Assembly: GCA_050084985.1 (NCBI GenBank)
Contig: JBITNC010000001.1
Location: 170,066,001 to 170,130,000, forward strand
Source: Nageia nagi
Taxonomy: Eukaryota; Plantae; Pinophyta
Length of the DNA stretch: 64,000 nucleotides
Direction of reading: 5' to 3'
Shown: piece by piece, positions 61,294 through 64,000 of the stretch
Numbering within the stretch: position 1 is the stretch's first letter
Layout of the letters: every line of letters starts with the position of its first letter
Translations under genes and position numbers: made by a program
The notes under the pieces: model-generated
Database searches by the model: none
What the model was told of the DNA's origin: nothing
What the model saw: only the letters and a program-made list of their open reading frames with translations

Positions 61294-64000
61294 TGTAATA
61301 GTGAAATTTTAAAAACTAGTGGTGTAGATGTATGGCAGTAGATTCTAGGCTAAAATTTAGTAACTGATTTACAGCAGTGGAATTTATGCTAAAATTAGTT
61401 AGATTTTTCTGTTTTAAAATTTACTTTAAATAATGATTAACTTCAGTTTCAGTTAGGTATGTAAGTTAGCAAGAATTAATAAGTTTTGGGTGTATCTTTA
61501 GACATTTAATTTTGATTCATTAAAAAACATAATTTAGGTATCTAAATGCAATTTGTTTAAAAAGGTGAATTTCAAGATAATTATCCTTAATTTGTGGAAT
61601 GTCAACTAGTGTGCATCTTATTTCTAGTTTTGCAAGGCATAAAAGAAAAAGCAAGAGTCATTTCAAATCATCAATTCTTGTGATGATCAAGTATCCTCAA
61701 GCAAGGCAAAGTCAATTCTAGAAAACAAGCAACCTCAAGATTTGAAGATCAAAGCATATCATCAAAAAATCATCGAGATCTCTCCATTGGTGAAACATTG
61801 AACCTCCTGAAAATTATTTTACGAAGCCAAGACCTTGAGGAATTCATTGAGTATTTTTAGAGAATTTCAGGAAAGCTTCTTGACCAAAAACAACCAATTT
61901 TTGGCCAAACCAAAAGAATCAGAGCAAGCAGCCAAAGTCTTGAACCTGCCGGATAGCCTCCACCAATTCAATAAGTCAAAAATCACTTAGAACAAAGCCA
62001 CCCATGGCCCTGTTTCAGGCTACAAGGTCACCCATGGCCCTATTCGTGTCAGATTTTGCCATCTCAAAGTTGCCCAGGTGCCCTAGTTCAGTCCAGAAGC
62101 TCCTAGAACCTTCCGTTTCTCCAGAAATAGGTATTTCAGGTATGTTTCATGCAAATATTTCCATTCAATTTCTATTTTGGTTTCTAACAAAGGGGGAGGA
62201 GCAGCTTGATCATCATCAAAGATTGATCCTAATTCCTTAAATTTCATCACAAGCATCAATGAGTTTTCAAGTATATATCGGAAGAGACTTGGCAGCATTA
62301 TTGGTGGGTTAGTTTATCTCCAAAAGTATCTCATTTCTTATTTCATTTTGTGTATGAGCTAAATCTAGATGAATGATTACTTGCTGGCCTAGTTTGGTGC
62401 TTTCTCAGATCTTAAATCATTGTCAAACTGCATATCATTTGCCATATTTCAAAATATTCATAGATAAATAATTGCATTTATTTATTAAATAAAATTTAAA
62501 TTACTTTTATTTGTATACAAATTTGGTGAACCCATAGTTTTGCATATATTTGTGACCAAAAACCCTAGATGTAGGAGTTTTGGAAGCTAACATTTGCTTT
62601 TCTACATGTATAATAGAAATGGAAAATATCAGCCTAGAGTTTCTTAAAGATTATTTCAGCAAGAAGGGTTTGCTTGATGAAGTAACTTAGCTTGCTAGCA
62701 ATGCAAATAAGAATATGAATCAGAATGATAGCCAAAACAGCCAAAATAATCAAAATGCTCAGAAGGAGGTTGATCTACAAGTTTTTAAAATTATCAAAAA
62801 ATTGCAGGTCCTTGAATCCAAGATGAATGAGAAGAAAGATGTATGTGATTTTGATGGCTCAGTTAAAAGTCCTTTTTCATGAGAGATCTTGAATCTCCCT
62901 CTTCCAGCCAAGTATAAAAATCCCAGATTTGATCTATCAAGTGGAGCCAGTGATCCGAAGCAGCATTTGATCAATTTCCAAGCAGAATGTGGCCTCAAGT
63001 TGGGATATGACAGCAAATTGAAGGCAATGATTTTTTCCTAGAAGTTTAAATGGTGAGGCCAACGAATGGTTCTACAAGCTTCTCCTCACTCACTTAACAA
63101 CTATCAAGATGTCGTGGATCATTAGAGGTATAATGTCAAGCAAAAGCCAAAGCTTGCTGATTTGTATGCAGTCAAACAAGAACCTAATGAAAAGTCAAAG
63201 AAATTCATTCCAAGATTTAAAAAGTTATAGCAATCCATCCATTCTATAGTAGATAAGGAGCATATCAATCATATTTTTGTTGATGCATTGTTGAATCCTG
63301 TCAAACCCTATACTAGTGACTTGATGGATAAAAGTTTTGGAAACATGGCTAAAAATTTGTTAAATAAGGAAAAGTTTCTAATTGAGGGTGGAACAATCAA
63401 ATATGGGAATGCTTCAACATCCAAAGAAACAAAAAAGTCCTATCCAACAAAGAAAGAGGAAAAGAATGTGAATGTGTTAGAAAAGTCCACATTAACAAAA
63501 TCAGCCGCACAAAAAGAAGGAAGGATTTCATTCCATATCCCTCCTAAAACAATTCTTAAAGATCTTGTCAAAAAGAAGTTGCTTGAGACATTACCAAGAA
63601 AGGTGAAGATGATAGCATTGTGGAAAAGGTAGAATGGTACAATGCAGAATATTATTGTAAAATTCATCAAGCTGAAGGGCATTCAACAAATCAGTGTATC
63701 AGGTTGAGAAAGTAAATTCAACAACTGATCCAGGATGGCAAATATATATGTCCAGCAAAAACAGAAAATGAAAAAGAAAATTCAGTAAATGTCATCATAA
63801 ATCAAGATGTGTGCTCATGCCAAGAAGGGAAGGCCTATATCTACAATTAACCCTATTACAATAGAAAGATTGTAAGTCCCAAAAGATCCAAGGTCCTACA
63901 ATATGCTTGAGCAGAAAAACATGATAATACTAACTCCAAGAAATGTAGAGTGTTTTCAGTCAGCATACATGTCCCAAATTGTGGATCATAGGTGCCCTTT
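61294..64000 (+). mobile_element. 5' part of a Ty3/gypsy (Tat/Athila-like) element: LTR ~61294-62519, PBS 62524-62533, gag pseudogene from 62619
   Basis: TGTAA...TATACA, then TGGTGAACCC. Gag LPAKYKNPRFD...DPKQHL..F; PRSLNGEANEWFYKL; YCKIHQAEGHSTNQC. Homologous to the gag at 42550-43480. Confidence 0.8.

Overview
AT-rich plant nuclear DNA, most likely from a conifer. This is an inference from the style of the PLS-type PPR fragments, the transposon-filled intron and the retroelement types; Cupressaceae or Taxaceae are plausible. Two host genes flank the window on the minus strand. On the right are the last two coding exons (55170-55081 and 54852-54736) of a PTAC6/PAP8-like gene; they are absent from the ORF track, and the upstream intron is more than 8.8 kb long and filled with transposons. 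On the left is the probable first exon (908-579) of an unidentified, probably plastid-targeted protein. The ~54 kb between the genes is nested transposon debris. It includes a young full-length Ty1/copia element (6821-14902; 457-bp LTRs with 6 mismatches; TSD ATAAT) inserted in a hAT/ZNF862-like transposase pseudogene. It also includes two solo LTRs with TSDs, a small non-autonomous LTR element, CACTA remnants, older copia and gypsy remnants with accessory ORFs, and a scrambled, partly inverted array of PPR gene fragments. The most notable observations are three. First, the young copia has a 2.6-kb leader with splice signals and densely structured segments, plus a 3' triplet of hairpins showing a compensatory base-pair change. 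Second, two tRNA-like SINEs with the same head but different bodies sit in the PTAC6 intron. Third, a ~4-kb fold-back is built from PPR fragments. All calls were made by eye with no database search, and the boundaries of degraded elements are approximate.
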